A stretch of 46,277 nucleotides of DNA, taken from Terrimicrobiaceae bacterium. Lineage in GTDB: Bacteria > Verrucomicrobiota > Verrucomicrobiia > Chthoniobacterales > Terrimicrobiaceae. Every line of letters begins with the position of its first letter. The first letter of the stretch is position 1. The notes under the pieces are model-generated. The model saw only the letters and a list, made by a program, of their open reading frames with translations, ran no database searches and had not been told where the DNA came from. Made by a program: the position numbers and the translations under genes. Shown here in pieces: positions 19,493-28,740 of this stretch. Location of the stretch: NCBI GenBank assembly GCA_041752695.1, contig JBGSVZ010000067.1, positions 1-46,277 on the forward strand, in the 5' to 3' direction.

Positions 19493-20320
19493 ATGCCACA
19501 CCGCATCGAAGACCTGGAGATCCGGTTGCTGTTGGAAGCAATCTACCAGAAATATCATTACGATTTTCGGGGGTATTCCATGGCTTCGATCAAGCGGCGT
19601 CTGGCCCACGCGAAGGATAAGCTGGCCTGCGGAACAATTTCCCACTTGCAGGACAAAGTGCTGCACGACCCGGCGATCATGCCCGAGGTGTTGGAAATGC
19701 TCACCGTGCAGGTGAGTGAACTTTTTCGCGATCCCTTGTATTTTAAAGTCATTCGGGAGAAGGTTCTGCCCCACCTGCATACCTATCCGTCGCTGAAAGT
19801 CTGGATTGCCGGCTGCAGCAGTGGAGAGGAGCTTTATTCTTTTGCGATTTTGTTCCGCGAGGAGGGCCTGGAGGAGAAGACGATGTTCTATGCCACCGAC
19901 ATCAATCCCGACGCTCTCAAAAAAGCGCAGGCGGGTGTCTATGGTCTGGACCGCATCCAGCTCTTCACCGAAAACCATCGCAAGTCCGGCGGGAAGTCGT
20001 CGCTGTCGGAATATTACACGGCCGCCTACGGCGGGGCGAAATTTGACAAGTCTTTACGTAAGCGGGTCGTCTTCTCCGACCATAGCCTCGTGACCGACCA
20101 GGTATTTGCGGAGGTGCATTTGATCTCCTGTCGGAATGTCCTGATCTACTTTGACAAAGAGCTGCAGAATCGCGCCCTCGGGCTCTTTAAAGACGCTTTG
20201 GTGCGCAAGGGGTTTCTCGGTTTGGGATCGCGCGAGAATCTGCGGTTTTCCACGCACGCGGAAGCGTTCGACGAGTTCGCCCGTGACGAAAAAATCTACC
20301 AGAGGAGGGGCGTGTTATGA
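19493..20320 (+). CDS. cheR: CheR-type protein-glutamate O-methyltransferase
   Basis: YDFRGYS, LFRDP, VWIAGCSSGEELYS, YATDIN and CRNVLIYF. Confidence 0.95.
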   Translation: MPHRIEDLEIRLLLEAIYQKYHYDFRGYSMASIKRRLAHAKDKLACGTISHLQDKVLHDPAIMPEVLEMLTVQVSELFRDPLYFKVIREKVLPHLHTYPSLKVWIAGCSSGEELYSFAILFREEGLEEKTMFYATDINPDALKKAQAGVYGLDRIQLFTENHRKSGGKSSLSEYYTAAYGGAKFDKSLRKRVVFSDHSLVTDQVFAEVHLISCRNVLIYFDKELQNRALGLFKDALVRKGFLGLGSRENLRFSTHAEAFDEFARDEKIYQRRGVL

Positions 20321-20898
20321 CGCGGGATCGTTGGGAGGCGGTGGTGATGGGCGGCTCGGCCGGGTCTTTGGAGGCGTTGACGGCCATTCTTCCCGACCTG
20401 CCGGAGAACTTCCCTCTTCCTATTCTGGCGGTCGTTCATCTTCCGGCGGACAAAAAGAGCATGCTTCCCGAGGTGCTGCGGTGTAAGTGCCGCCTTCGCG
20501 TGTGTGAGGCTCAGGACAAGGAACCCATTCAGCCGGGCACGGTTTATTTCGCCCCGCCCGACTACCACCTCCTCGTGGAATGCGACCGGCATATTGCACT
20601 TTCCTATGACGAGCCGCTGCGTTTTTCCCGACCGTCCATTGACGTGCTTTTTGAGTCGGCCGCGGATGTCTATGGGGAAAGCCTGGTGGGCGTCGTGCTG
20701 AGCGGAGCAAATAGTGATGGAGCCAACGGTCTGGCGACCGTGTTGGCCGGGGGTGGGGTGGGAGTCGTGCAATCTCCTGGGCAAGCGTATTCCACCGCCA
20801 TGCCGCTGGCGGCCCTTGAGAAATGTCCGACTGCCGAAGTGATGGTGCCGGGGGAAATTGCCGGATATCTGAAAGGACTATGCAATTGTGACCGATGA
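20317..20898 (+). CDS. cheB: CheB-type methylesterase without receiver domain
   Basis: GGSAG, VVHL, YFAPPDYHL, SRPSIDVLFESAA and GANSDGA. Confidence 0.93.
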   Translation: MTRDRWEAVVMGGSAGSLEALTAILPDLPENFPLPILAVVHLPADKKSMLPEVLRCKCRLRVCEAQDKEPIQPGTVYFAPPDYHLLVECDRHIALSYDEPLRFSRPSIDVLFESAADVYGESLVGVVLSGANSDGANGLATVLAGGGVGVVQSPGQAYSTAMPLAALEKCPTAEVMVPGEIAGYLKGLCNCDR

Positions 20899-22438
20899 CT
20901 CCGTCTATTTCCTGCTGGTGGACGATTTGGACGAGAACCTTCTTTCCCTGGAAGCGTTGCTCCGTCGCGACGGTCTTGTGCTGCTCAAGGCGCGATCGGG
21001 TCCCGAAGCGCTGGAGCTTCTGCTCAAGCATGAAGTGGCCCTGGCGCTTTTGGATGTGCAGATGCCGGGCATGGATGGATTTGAGCTGGCGGAATTCATG
21101 CGCGGGAACGCGCGCACCGGCCGGGTGCCTATTATTTTCCTGACCGCCGGCAGCGCGGACCGCCAACGACGTTTTCGGGGCTACGAAGCCGGGGCGGTCG
21201 ATTTTTTGCATAAGCCCCTCGAGCCGGACATTTTGCGCAGCAAGGCACAGGTCTTCTACGAGCTCTATTTGCAGCGGAGGCAACTGGCCCGGCAGAGGGA
21301 TGAACTGGAAAACTATGCCGGTGCGCTGAAGGATGCCGACCGGCGGAAGGATGAATTTCTGGCCGTGCTGGCCCATGAACTGAGGAACCCGCTCGCGCCG
21401 ATTCGCTACGCCCTGGAAATTGTCAGGATGTCACCGGATGGCAAGATTACGGAGGAGATCCGCGGAATGATGGACCGGCAGGTGACCCATCTCGTGCGCC
21501 TCATCGACGACCTGCTGGATGTCTCCCGGGTGAGTCGCGGAAAGATCGATCTCCGCAGGGAAAATGTCGCCCTGCAAACAGCGCTTCACGCCGCGATCGA
21601 AACGAGCCGTCCGGTGATTGCCTCAGGCCACCACGAGCTCACCCTGGATATTCCGGACGCGCCGCTTTTGCTGAATGCGGACGTCACCCGGCTTTCCCAA
21701 GTCGTGAGCAATTTGCTGAACAATGCTGCAAAATACACCTCGCCGGGAGGAAAGATTTCCCTGACGGTCCGGCGCGAGGATGGGGAGGTGACAATCGCGG
21801 TCGAGGACAATGGGGTGGGCATCCCGGAAGCGATGCTGCCCAAGGTTTTTGAACTTTTCACGCAGGTGGAGAAAGGGATTGAAAGGTCCCGGGGCGGCCT
21901 CGGGATCGGCCTGGCCCTCGCCAGCCAGTTGGTCGAATTGCATGAAGGTTCAATCAGCGCGGAAAGTCCGGGCGCCGGACTGGGCAGCACGTTCACGGTC
22001 CGCTTGCCCCTTTTGCCGCAGGGCGCTTTGGCCGCTGGGATCGCCTCCGAGCCCCGGGTGGAGGGATCCTCTCTGAAGGTTCTCATCGTCGATGACAATG
22101 TGTCGTCGGCGGAGACCACGGGCCGGATGCTGTCGATGATCGGACATGAGACGACGCTTGCATTTGGCGGACAGGAAGCCCTGGAAGCCGCCCGGACCTT
22201 TCATCCGGATGTCATCATGCTTGATCTGGGAATGCCCGGGATGAGCGGTTATGATGTCTGCCGGGAACTCCGCCGTGACCCGGGCTTCGAGAGGACGATG
22301 CTGATTGCGCAAACCGGATGGGGCCAGGAGAGTGACCGGCGGAAGACGCGAGAGGCGGGGTTTGACCACCACCTCACCAAGCCCGTTGACTTGCAGGAGC
22401 TCTCCCGCCTGCTAGCCCGCGTTCAGGTCCGGGCTTAG
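20888..22438 (+). CDS. hybrid REC-HisKA-HATPase-REC kinase
   Basis: N-terminal REC (LLVDD, LLDVQMP), LAHELRNPL, GGLGIGL, and C-terminal REC. GTG start. Confidence 0.93.
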   Translation: MTDDSVYFLLVDDLDENLLSLEALLRRDGLVLLKARSGPEALELLLKHEVALALLDVQMPGMDGFELAEFMRGNARTGRVPIIFLTAGSADRQRRFRGYEAGAVDFLHKPLEPDILRSKAQVFYELYLQRRQLARQRDELENYAGALKDADRRKDEFLAVLAHELRNPLAPIRYALEIVRMSPDGKITEEIRGMMDRQVTHLVRLIDDLLDVSRVSRGKIDLRRENVALQTALHAAIETSRPVIASGHHELTLDIPDAPLLLNADVTRLSQVVSNLLNNAAKYTSPGGKISLTVRREDGEVTIAVEDNGVGIPEAMLPKVFELFTQVEKGIERSRGGLGIGLALASQLVELHEGSISAESPGAGLGSTFTVRLPLLPQGALAAGIASEPRVEGSSLKVLIVDDNVSSAETTGRMLSMIGHETTLAFGGQEALEAARTFHPDVIMLDLGMPGMSGYDVCRELRRDPGFERTMLIAQTGWGQESDRRKTREAGFDHHLTKPVDLQELSRLLARVQVRA

Positions 22439-23928
22439 TTCAAATTTTCCAGAGACGGAATGCTGTAGTCCTGCTGAAGCTGGGTTTTGCCCTTCTCGGC
22501 TGCTTCCGCATCAAGGAAGATGAAACCGGGATCATCCTCGAATTCGATCTTATGAAATCCGTCCACCGGACCCTCGGCTGCTTTGACCAGGTCCTCGAGG
22601 CTTTTGATTTCCACGCCGTTGACTTTTTTCACCACGAGGTGATCCAGATTTTGGTAGCCGAGATTGTTGGGGGAAGGGAGCACCTGGCTAAGGAAGACGA
22701 CCTTGCGTCCGGCCTTCTCCTTGTCGCTCTGGAACATATCAAGATAGACGAGACGTTGTGGAGCCTCCTTCGGCCAGCCACCGCCCCATTCTTGCAAGTA
22801 GGCGCGTGAAAGCTCCTGAAAGACGAGGCCTCCCAGAATGAAATATCTCGGCTGACGGTCAAACTGATAGGGGTCGCTCAGAACGCCCCGGCGGTCTATG
22901 GGGGCGAGGACGAGGGGGATCGTCACCCGCTTGCCATCACGGAGGAGGACGAATTCCACCGTGTCGCCGGAATGCGCGACGGTGTTGGTCAGGTGGCTGA
23001 AGGAGATCCGACCGAAGTCGTCGCTGGCATAGTTGCCGTCCTGGTCCACGGCTTTTCCCGCAACGGAAAGAATGACATCACCTTTCCGCACGCCCGCAAT
23101 GGCACCGGGGCTTCCGGGTTTGACTTCGGTGACATAAACACCGCCGGGTTCCGTGAGCCCGATGTAGCGGCGAAATTGGGGATCGCGCGTGCCAGCAAAG
23201 GCGATTCCGGCTCGGGGGAAGCCCGGGTATTTTTCGAGTTTCGCGTCGGCGAGAAAGTGGGCAATCACCGGTGCAGGGATGAGATCGGCAGTCTGGCTGC
23301 GTCCGTCGTATCGCATCAAGAGGCCAAGCAACCGGCCGTTGCGCACCGCTGGGATCGTAAAACTGCCTTCGCGATTTTGCAGCGGGGCACTGATCCGGTA
23401 GGTAAGTAGAGCCAGCTGATCCATGGGATATCCGGTGACCGTGATAGTGGTGATGGTGGCCGGCGTCTGGGCAATGAGCCCGTTGGATTCCAACTGCAGG
23501 ATCATGGCGCTGTCACCGACGCGGGCCCCGGTGTCCAGCTTGAGCGGGCGGGCTTTCGCGAGGAACTCGGGATTCACCGGTTTGAGCAAGGCGAGGTTAC
23601 AGTCGTAATCGACCACCAGCACTTCGGCCTGGGATTTTTCGGCGGAGTCGGCCTTTTCGAGTTCGACGTAAGTGCGGTTCGCGACCAGTTCAGCGGTGAC
23701 GAGGATTTGCTGGTCGGCGAGAACAACGCCGAGGCCCCGACGCATGTAGGGAGCCTTCTTGGTCCATGGCCGGAAAAAGTCGAAAGCTTGGTTCGTCGAA
23801 TTCACCCGGACAAGGGAAGAGCTGTCGACGGGCAGGACGGAGTCGGGTTTTTCCTTGGCGTCCGGGGCGGCTTGGAGGGCGAGGGGACAGAGGAGCGCGA
23901 GAGCAGCAAAGATCGGGCGGGCTTTCAT
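22435..23928 (-). CDS. Deg/HtrA-like PDZ protein with degenerate catalytic triad (pseudoprotease)
   Basis: Signal peptide; colinear with the upstream paralog, but VTAELV replaces TNAHVV, DCNLALL replaces DCDLALL, and there is no GNSGGP. PDZ domains are retained. Confidence 0.8.
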   Translation of the reverse strand: MKARPIFAALALLCPLALQAAPDAKEKPDSVLPVDSSSLVRVNSTNQAFDFFRPWTKKAPYMRRGLGVVLADQQILVTAELVANRTYVELEKADSAEKSQAEVLVVDYDCNLALLKPVNPEFLAKARPLKLDTGARVGDSAMILQLESNGLIAQTPATITTITVTGYPMDQLALLTYRISAPLQNREGSFTIPAVRNGRLLGLLMRYDGRSQTADLIPAPVIAHFLADAKLEKYPGFPRAGIAFAGTRDPQFRRYIGLTEPGGVYVTEVKPGSPGAIAGVRKGDVILSVAGKAVDQDGNYASDDFGRISFSHLTNTVAHSGDTVEFVLLRDGKRVTIPLVLAPIDRRGVLSDPYQFDRQPRYFILGGLVFQELSRAYLQEWGGGWPKEAPQRLVYLDMFQSDKEKAGRKVVFLSQVLPSPNNLGYQNLDHLVVKKVNGVEIKSLEDLVKAAEGPVDGFHKIEFEDDPGFIFLDAEAAEKGKTQLQQDYSIPSLENLN

Positions 23929-25382
23929 TTTTCGAGGTTCTCCTCCTTGTTCACCCCATAGCGGGCAATGATACGGTTGCGGGCATCTTCCACGGCCTTC
24001 CGTTCGAGAACAATGGGGCGTCCATCGCCGACCATTTCAATGACGTAATAGTCGGCAGGTTCCTTAAAAGCGGCGGAGACGTCGGAGAGTTTTCGAATCT
24101 TCCTATCGTTGATCTTGTCCACGATGTCGTAGCGGAATTCGGCCGCGTAGGCATTGATGGGGTCCGCCAGCACGGCGCTCAGGGTGATGATTTCCTCCCG
24201 TTCCCGGTAGATGCCTTGCGTGATGAACTGGTCGAAATTGTAACGCAAACGGAGATCCTCCGGGTTGTGCTCGGCCATGAAGTTGGCATCCACCGGCTGG
24301 AAGACGAGACCCCCAAACACCACAAAGCGGGGCTTCTCATCGTACGCGTTGGCCTGGAGGGAAAACGGCCAGGGATGCGTAAGGGAGAGAGTGACATTCA
24401 TGGGTTTTCCCTCCCGCAGGATGTCAAAATTCACCTTGTCGTTGCGGTATTTTCGTTCGACGACCTCAGCCATCTCCACGGGATCCTCGCCATTCATTAC
24501 CACGGTGCCGTCGCTGGCAATCGGCAGACCATCAATCGCGAGAAGCACGTCACCCGGCTTGAGGATTCCATCCGACACACCGCCGCCGTAAACGCTGCCC
24601 ACAAAAACGCCTTTATCCTCCTCAGTGACGCCGAGCGCCTTACGCATGGCGGGGTTGTGGAGGGGATGGTAGCTGATGGTCAGATCCACATACCGGTCGT
24701 ATTGTCCGTCTTCGACGTCCTTGAGAAATCTTTGGACCACCGGGGTGGGAATCATGTAGCCGACGTTTTGCGCCACATCGCCGCTGTACCCCTGGAAGGC
24801 AACTCCAACCACCTTGCCGTCCTGCAGCACCGGACCTCCGCTGTTTCCGGGGTTGATGGCGGCGTCAATCTGGATCGTGAGGTGCGAATCCACCCCAGAA
24901 TGCGAATACGGTTGAAAATCGATGCGGGAGACCACGCCCCGGGTCACGGAAAGCCGGTCGCCGCCTATGGGATACCCATAAACTGATACGGTGGACTCGA
25001 TGGCGGGAATGTCCCCAAACTCCAGAGCCGTCGTATTTTTGAAGAAGTCGGGATCTTCGACCGTCAGCAGAGCCAGATCGCAGTCATGGGCGACGTGAAG
25101 AACCCGCGCCGGATACGGCTTCGGATCGCCCTCCTTGGAAACCGTCAGGAAACGCCCGTTGCTCACGACATGAGCATTTGTCATGATCCGATTGCCGGAA
25201 ACGACAAAACCCGCGCCAACTCCACTGACCACTTCACCGCCACTCCACGGCGCGCGGTAATTGGGTTCCTGGGAAGTGGCCTGGATTCGCACCAGGCTGT
25301 CGGCAACTTTGGCGGCCTGAACCGGGATTCCCGCAGTCGCCAGCACGGCGAAGAGCGAAATCCCCAAAAAACGAAAAACCAT
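23925..25382 (-). CDS. Deg/HtrA-family serine protease with PDZ domains (Deg2/Deg9-like)
   Basis: IMTNAHVV, DCDLALL and INPGNSGGP triad motifs. ATG 25382 gives a signal peptide and sits 8 nt after a -10-like hexamer. Confidence 0.92.
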   Translation of the reverse strand: MVFRFLGISLFAVLATAGIPVQAAKVADSLVRIQATSQEPNYRAPWSGGEVVSGVGAGFVVSGNRIMTNAHVVSNGRFLTVSKEGDPKPYPARVLHVAHDCDLALLTVEDPDFFKNTTALEFGDIPAIESTVSVYGYPIGGDRLSVTRGVVSRIDFQPYSHSGVDSHLTIQIDAAINPGNSGGPVLQDGKVVGVAFQGYSGDVAQNVGYMIPTPVVQRFLKDVEDGQYDRYVDLTISYHPLHNPAMRKALGVTEEDKGVFVGSVYGGGVSDGILKPGDVLLAIDGLPIASDGTVVMNGEDPVEMAEVVERKYRNDKVNFDILREGKPMNVTLSLTHPWPFSLQANAYDEKPRFVVFGGLVFQPVDANFMAEHNPEDLRLRYNFDQFITQGIYREREEIITLSAVLADPINAYAAEFRYDIVDKINDRKIRKLSDVSAAFKEPADYYVIEMVGDGRPIVLERKAVEDARNRIIARYGVNKEENLEK

Positions 25383-25390
25383 GACGCGAG

Positions 25391-25418
25391 AACCTAGGCA
25401 GGACCGGTCCTTTGACAA
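25391..25418 (-). promoter_or_regulatory. sigma70-like promoter of the protease pair
   Basis: Minus strand TTGTCA-N16-TAGGTT. Confidence 0.45.
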
Positions 25419-25584
25419 CAAGGAAAATGCGCTCATTTGCGGGCTCTAAATGGCGTTTTCCCACTAGTGAGCCGCGGCTCCTCCGGTTGGGGCTTCCATT
25501 CCAATTGGGGTAATGACTGGCCCGCTGCAAGGGGACTGCCGATCGCAGAAAATGGAATGGTGCCTAATCAGTTGCCCCTCGGCC

Positions 25585-25724
25585 GGTGAATAACTCAGCA
25601 TCCCGGTGTCGTTCTTTCAGGGCTACGGTATTTATTCCAGAGTTGTTCACAACCTAATAAACCCCTCGTCGTCAGGTACATATATAAAACATCATATAAT
25701 GTTTGTCATGTATAATTGTGGGGC
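25585..25724. other. AT-rich candidate replication-control site (dif-like 28-mer and DnaA-box-like motifs)
   Basis: ACATCATATAA-TGTTTG-TCATGTATAAT at 25689-25716. TTATTCACC (minus, 25585-25593) and TTGTTCACA (25643-25651). Apparent G-to-C skew switch nearby. Confidence 0.35.
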
Positions 25725-25751
25725 AAAGTGGTTTTAAGGACCTTAGGCAGA

Positions 25752-26405
25752 TCACACTAAATGCAAAAGTTGCGGCAGCACCTCGCGCAGGCCATCGGAG
25801 ATTCCGATTTGGGCGGTTTTGGCGTTTTTAAGCAGCGCGTTGAATCCGACAACCGACGACGGACTGGTAATGAGATGGCGAAAAAGTCCCATGGGATCTG
25901 GGCGGCAGGTCTGAGGGTTGAGCAAGACGTCGGCTGGCACTGGCATATCATCTTCCAAGGCGTCGCTGATACAGCGCACGCTGATCATGGGAACCTGATG
26001 TTCCGCGCAAACCCGTGCAAGATGTTCGGTTTCCATATCCGCCACCAGGCAGCCGGATTCCTCACCAAGACGGCGTTTGTCGACGCATTTTTCGACAATC
26101 GCCGGCACGGTCAGGACGTTCCCCCGGTGCCAATGCGGCCCCAGTTTTAAGTGTCCGGCGAGCGTGGAATCCGAATAATTGACTCCGAGTACCAGGTCGC
26201 CGACAGCCAGTCCTGGTTGCAGTCCGCCGGCAAAACCGGCCGAGATGACCAGTTCTGGTCTGTTTTGTGCCAGTCTTTTCGTCAGCATTGCCGCCGTTCC
26301 GGCGCCCATGGCCCCGAGTAACCAGGTCGAGACACGAAGGCGTCTGTCGTGTTTGGCGGCAAAAACGGCGCTTTCGAACTCGAGGGCGAAGGCAATTGCG
26401 ATCAT
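25752..26405 (-). CDS. nucleoside phosphorylase/nucleosidase family protein (PNP_UDP_1, HpnG/MTAN-like)
   Basis: LVISAGFAGGL, GDLVL, ADMET and SVRCISD motifs. Confidence 0.82.
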   Translation of the reverse strand: MIAIAFALEFESAVFAAKHDRRLRVSTWLLGAMGAGTAAMLTKRLAQNRPELVISAGFAGGLQPGLAVGDLVLGVNYSDSTLAGHLKLGPHWHRGNVLTVPAIVEKCVDKRRLGEESGCLVADMETEHLARVCAEHQVPMISVRCISDALEDDMPVPADVLLNPQTCRPDPMGLFRHLITSPSSVVGFNALLKNAKTAQIGISDGLREVLPQLLHLV

Positions 26406-26884
26406 GGAGTCCTCTTTTCAACGATAACTTCGATCAGGATGCGAGGCTCATTCCCTGTCAGGGCCGGAAATTCCAGCTCCTGGACCCCGGCGCGGCAGGC
26501 CTCGGTGAAGGCAGGGACACGCTTTTCGGGAACGGAAACCCAAAGTCGACCCGCACCCGCCTCCGCGCTGGCCGGCATGGCAGAGCCCCCGATGGAGGCG
26601 GTCAGCCGAACAATCCCGCTGACGACAGTCGGCGGGTCGTCCGCCTCGATCCGAATGGCTCCCGTCTCCAGAGCCTTAGGGGCAAGGGTCTTGTCCGAAA
26701 TGTCCTCCAGCGCCCGGGTCAACTGCGGGTCCGGCCCAGCCGTTGGAGGCTCCGGCTTGGGTTCTTGTGTCACGAAAAAGACAATAACGCCGGCGATGGG
26801 CAGCCCGAGGGCCAGCAAGGAGATGGCAATCATGAGCCAGGCCTGCGGATTGAGGCGAAATTGTGACGGTTCTTCGGTTTGCAC
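26402..26884 (-). CDS. hypothetical single-pass membrane protein
   Basis: One N-terminal TM helix; stop overlaps the downstream ATG (ATGA). Confidence 0.65.
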   Translation of the reverse strand: MQTEEPSQFRLNPQAWLMIAISLLALGLPIAGVIVFFVTQEPKPEPPTAGPDPQLTRALEDISDKTLAPKALETGAIRIEADDPPTVVSGIVRLTASIGGSAMPASAEAGAGRLWVSVPEKRVPAFTEACRAGVQELEFPALTGNEPRILIEVIVEKRTP

Positions 26885-26886
26885 TG

Positions 26887-26915
26887 TTGACCGGGCGGTT
26901 CGGGTCTAGGATAGT
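26887..26915 (+). promoter_or_regulatory. putative lepA promoter
   Basis: TTGACC-N17-GATAGT, 15 nt upstream of the lepA ATG. Confidence 0.45.
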
Positions 26916-26930
26916 CCCCAACCTTTCCCG

Positions 26931-28736
26931 ATGTCCATCGAACGCACGCGCAACTTTTGCATTATCGCGCATATTGATCACGGCAAGACAACTTTGTCCG
27001 ACCGTCTTCTTGAACGCACCGGCACCATCCAAAAGCGCGAGTCGCAGGAGCAACTGCTGGACGCCATGGATCTTGAGCGGGAGCGCGGGATCACCATCAA
27101 GTCCCACCCAATCGCCATGCAATACAAGGCGAACGATGGCGAAATCTACCGCCTGAATCTTTCGGACACCCCGGGACACGTGGATTTTTCCTACGAGGTT
27201 TCCCGGTCGCTGGCCGCCTGCGAAGGTGCCCTGCTGATCATTGATGCCGCCCAAGGTGTTGAGGCGCAGACGGTTGCCAACGTTCATTTGGCCGAAAAAC
27301 AAGGGCTCAAGCTCATTCCGGTCATCAATAAGATCGATTTGCCCAATGCCGACGTCGAGACGGCCAAGCGCCAACTCGAAGACATTCTGGCCATTCCCGC
27401 CGACGAGGCGCTTCTCTGCAGTGCGAAGGCGGGCATCGGCATCGAGGAGATTTTGGAGGCTGTTGTCGCCCGTATTCCTTACCCCAAGGGAAAACCCGAC
27501 GCCCGACTGCGTGCCCTCACCTTTGACTCCACCTTCGACACCTACCGCGGTGTGGTGATCTACACACGCGTGATGGAAGGCACCATGAAAGCCGGCGATC
27601 CGGTCAAGCTCATGGCGACCAATCGGAACTACGAGGTCAAGGAAGTGGGAATTTTCCGCCCGCAGATGCCCAAATTTTTCGTCCAGGACAAACTACAGGC
27701 TGGCGACATCGGCTACGTGATCGCCAACATCAAGGCCTCGTCCGAGGTTAAAGTCGGCGATACCCTCACCAGCAGCCGCCTCCCGGCGGAATCTCCCCTG
27801 CCCGGCTTTCAGTTGGTTCAGCCCATGGTTTTCAGCGGCATTTACCCGATCAATACCGCCGACTTCGAAGGCCTCAAGGCGGCGATGGGGAAACTGCAGC
27901 TCAACGACGCGGCTTTTCACTTCATGCCGGAGTCCAGCGTGGCCCTCGGTTTTGGCTTCCGCTGCGGCTTTCTTGGCCTTTTACACATGGAGATCATCCT
28001 GGAGCGCCTGCGCCGGGAGTTCGACATGGACATCATTGCCACCTACCCGTCGGTCATTTACGAGGTTCTCAAGACCAATGGCGACCTGCTCAAGGTGGAC
28101 AATCCCGAGCAGCTTCCCGACATGAGTGTGGTCGAGGAAATCCGGGAACCCATCGTGAAATGTTTCATCATGATCCCGAATGAGTACATTTCGCCCCTCA
28201 TGCAGCTCATCATGGAAAAACGCGGCGAGGTGAAACACACCGAGTCCCTGGATACCAAACGCATCATGATGACCACGGAACTCCCCCTTAACGAGATTCT
28301 CGTCGATTTTGTCGATAAAATGAAGTCTATCACCCGTGGATACGGGTCCATGGATTACGAACAGGGCGGCTACCGCGCCGGGCAACTGGTGAAACTCGAC
28401 ATGCTGGTCAACGGTGAACGCGTGGATGCGTTCTCTTCCATCGTCCACCGGGACAAGGCCGAAAGCCGGGGCCGGGCCCTCGCCACCAAACTCAAGGAAG
28501 TCATTCCGACCCAGCTTTATCAAGTCGCGATCCAAGCCGCCATCGGGGGCAAAATCGTCGCCCGCGAAAGTGTGTCCGCTTTGCGTAAGAACGTGACAGC
28601 CAAGTGTTACGGTGGGGATATTTCGAGAAAAAGGAAATTATTAGAGAAGCAGAAAGAGGGCAAAAAACGGATGAAAGCGATCGGAACGGTCAACATTCCG
28701 CAGGAAGCTTTCATCGAAGTTTTGAAGACCAACTGA
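26931..28736 (+). CDS. lepA: translation elongation factor 4 (LepA)
   Basis: RNFCIIAHIDHGKTTL, ERERGITIK, DTPGHVDF, GFRCGFLGLLHMEI and KCYGGDISRKRKLLEKQK. Confidence 0.99.
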   Translation: MSIERTRNFCIIAHIDHGKTTLSDRLLERTGTIQKRESQEQLLDAMDLERERGITIKSHPIAMQYKANDGEIYRLNLSDTPGHVDFSYEVSRSLAACEGALLIIDAAQGVEAQTVANVHLAEKQGLKLIPVINKIDLPNADVETAKRQLEDILAIPADEALLCSAKAGIGIEEILEAVVARIPYPKGKPDARLRALTFDSTFDTYRGVVIYTRVMEGTMKAGDPVKLMATNRNYEVKEVGIFRPQMPKFFVQDKLQAGDIGYVIANIKASSEVKVGDTLTSSRLPAESPLPGFQLVQPMVFSGIYPINTADFEGLKAAMGKLQLNDAAFHFMPESSVALGFGFRCGFLGLLHMEIILERLRREFDMDIIATYPSVIYEVLKTNGDLLKVDNPEQLPDMSVVEEIREPIVKCFIMIPNEYISPLMQLIMEKRGEVKHTESLDTKRIMMTTELPLNEILVDFVDKMKSITRGYGSMDYEQGGYRAGQLVKLDMLVNGERVDAFSSIVHRDKAESRGRALATKLKEVIPTQLYQVAIQAAIGGKIVARESVSALRKNVTAKCYGGDISRKRKLLEKQKEGKKRMKAIGTVNIPQEAFIEVLKTN

Positions 28737-28740
28737 CCTC

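Noticed and set aside
25718..25731. GTGG-N6-GTGG resembling an MraZ box
   Set aside because: Only two repeats, and no mraZ/dcw cluster downstream.
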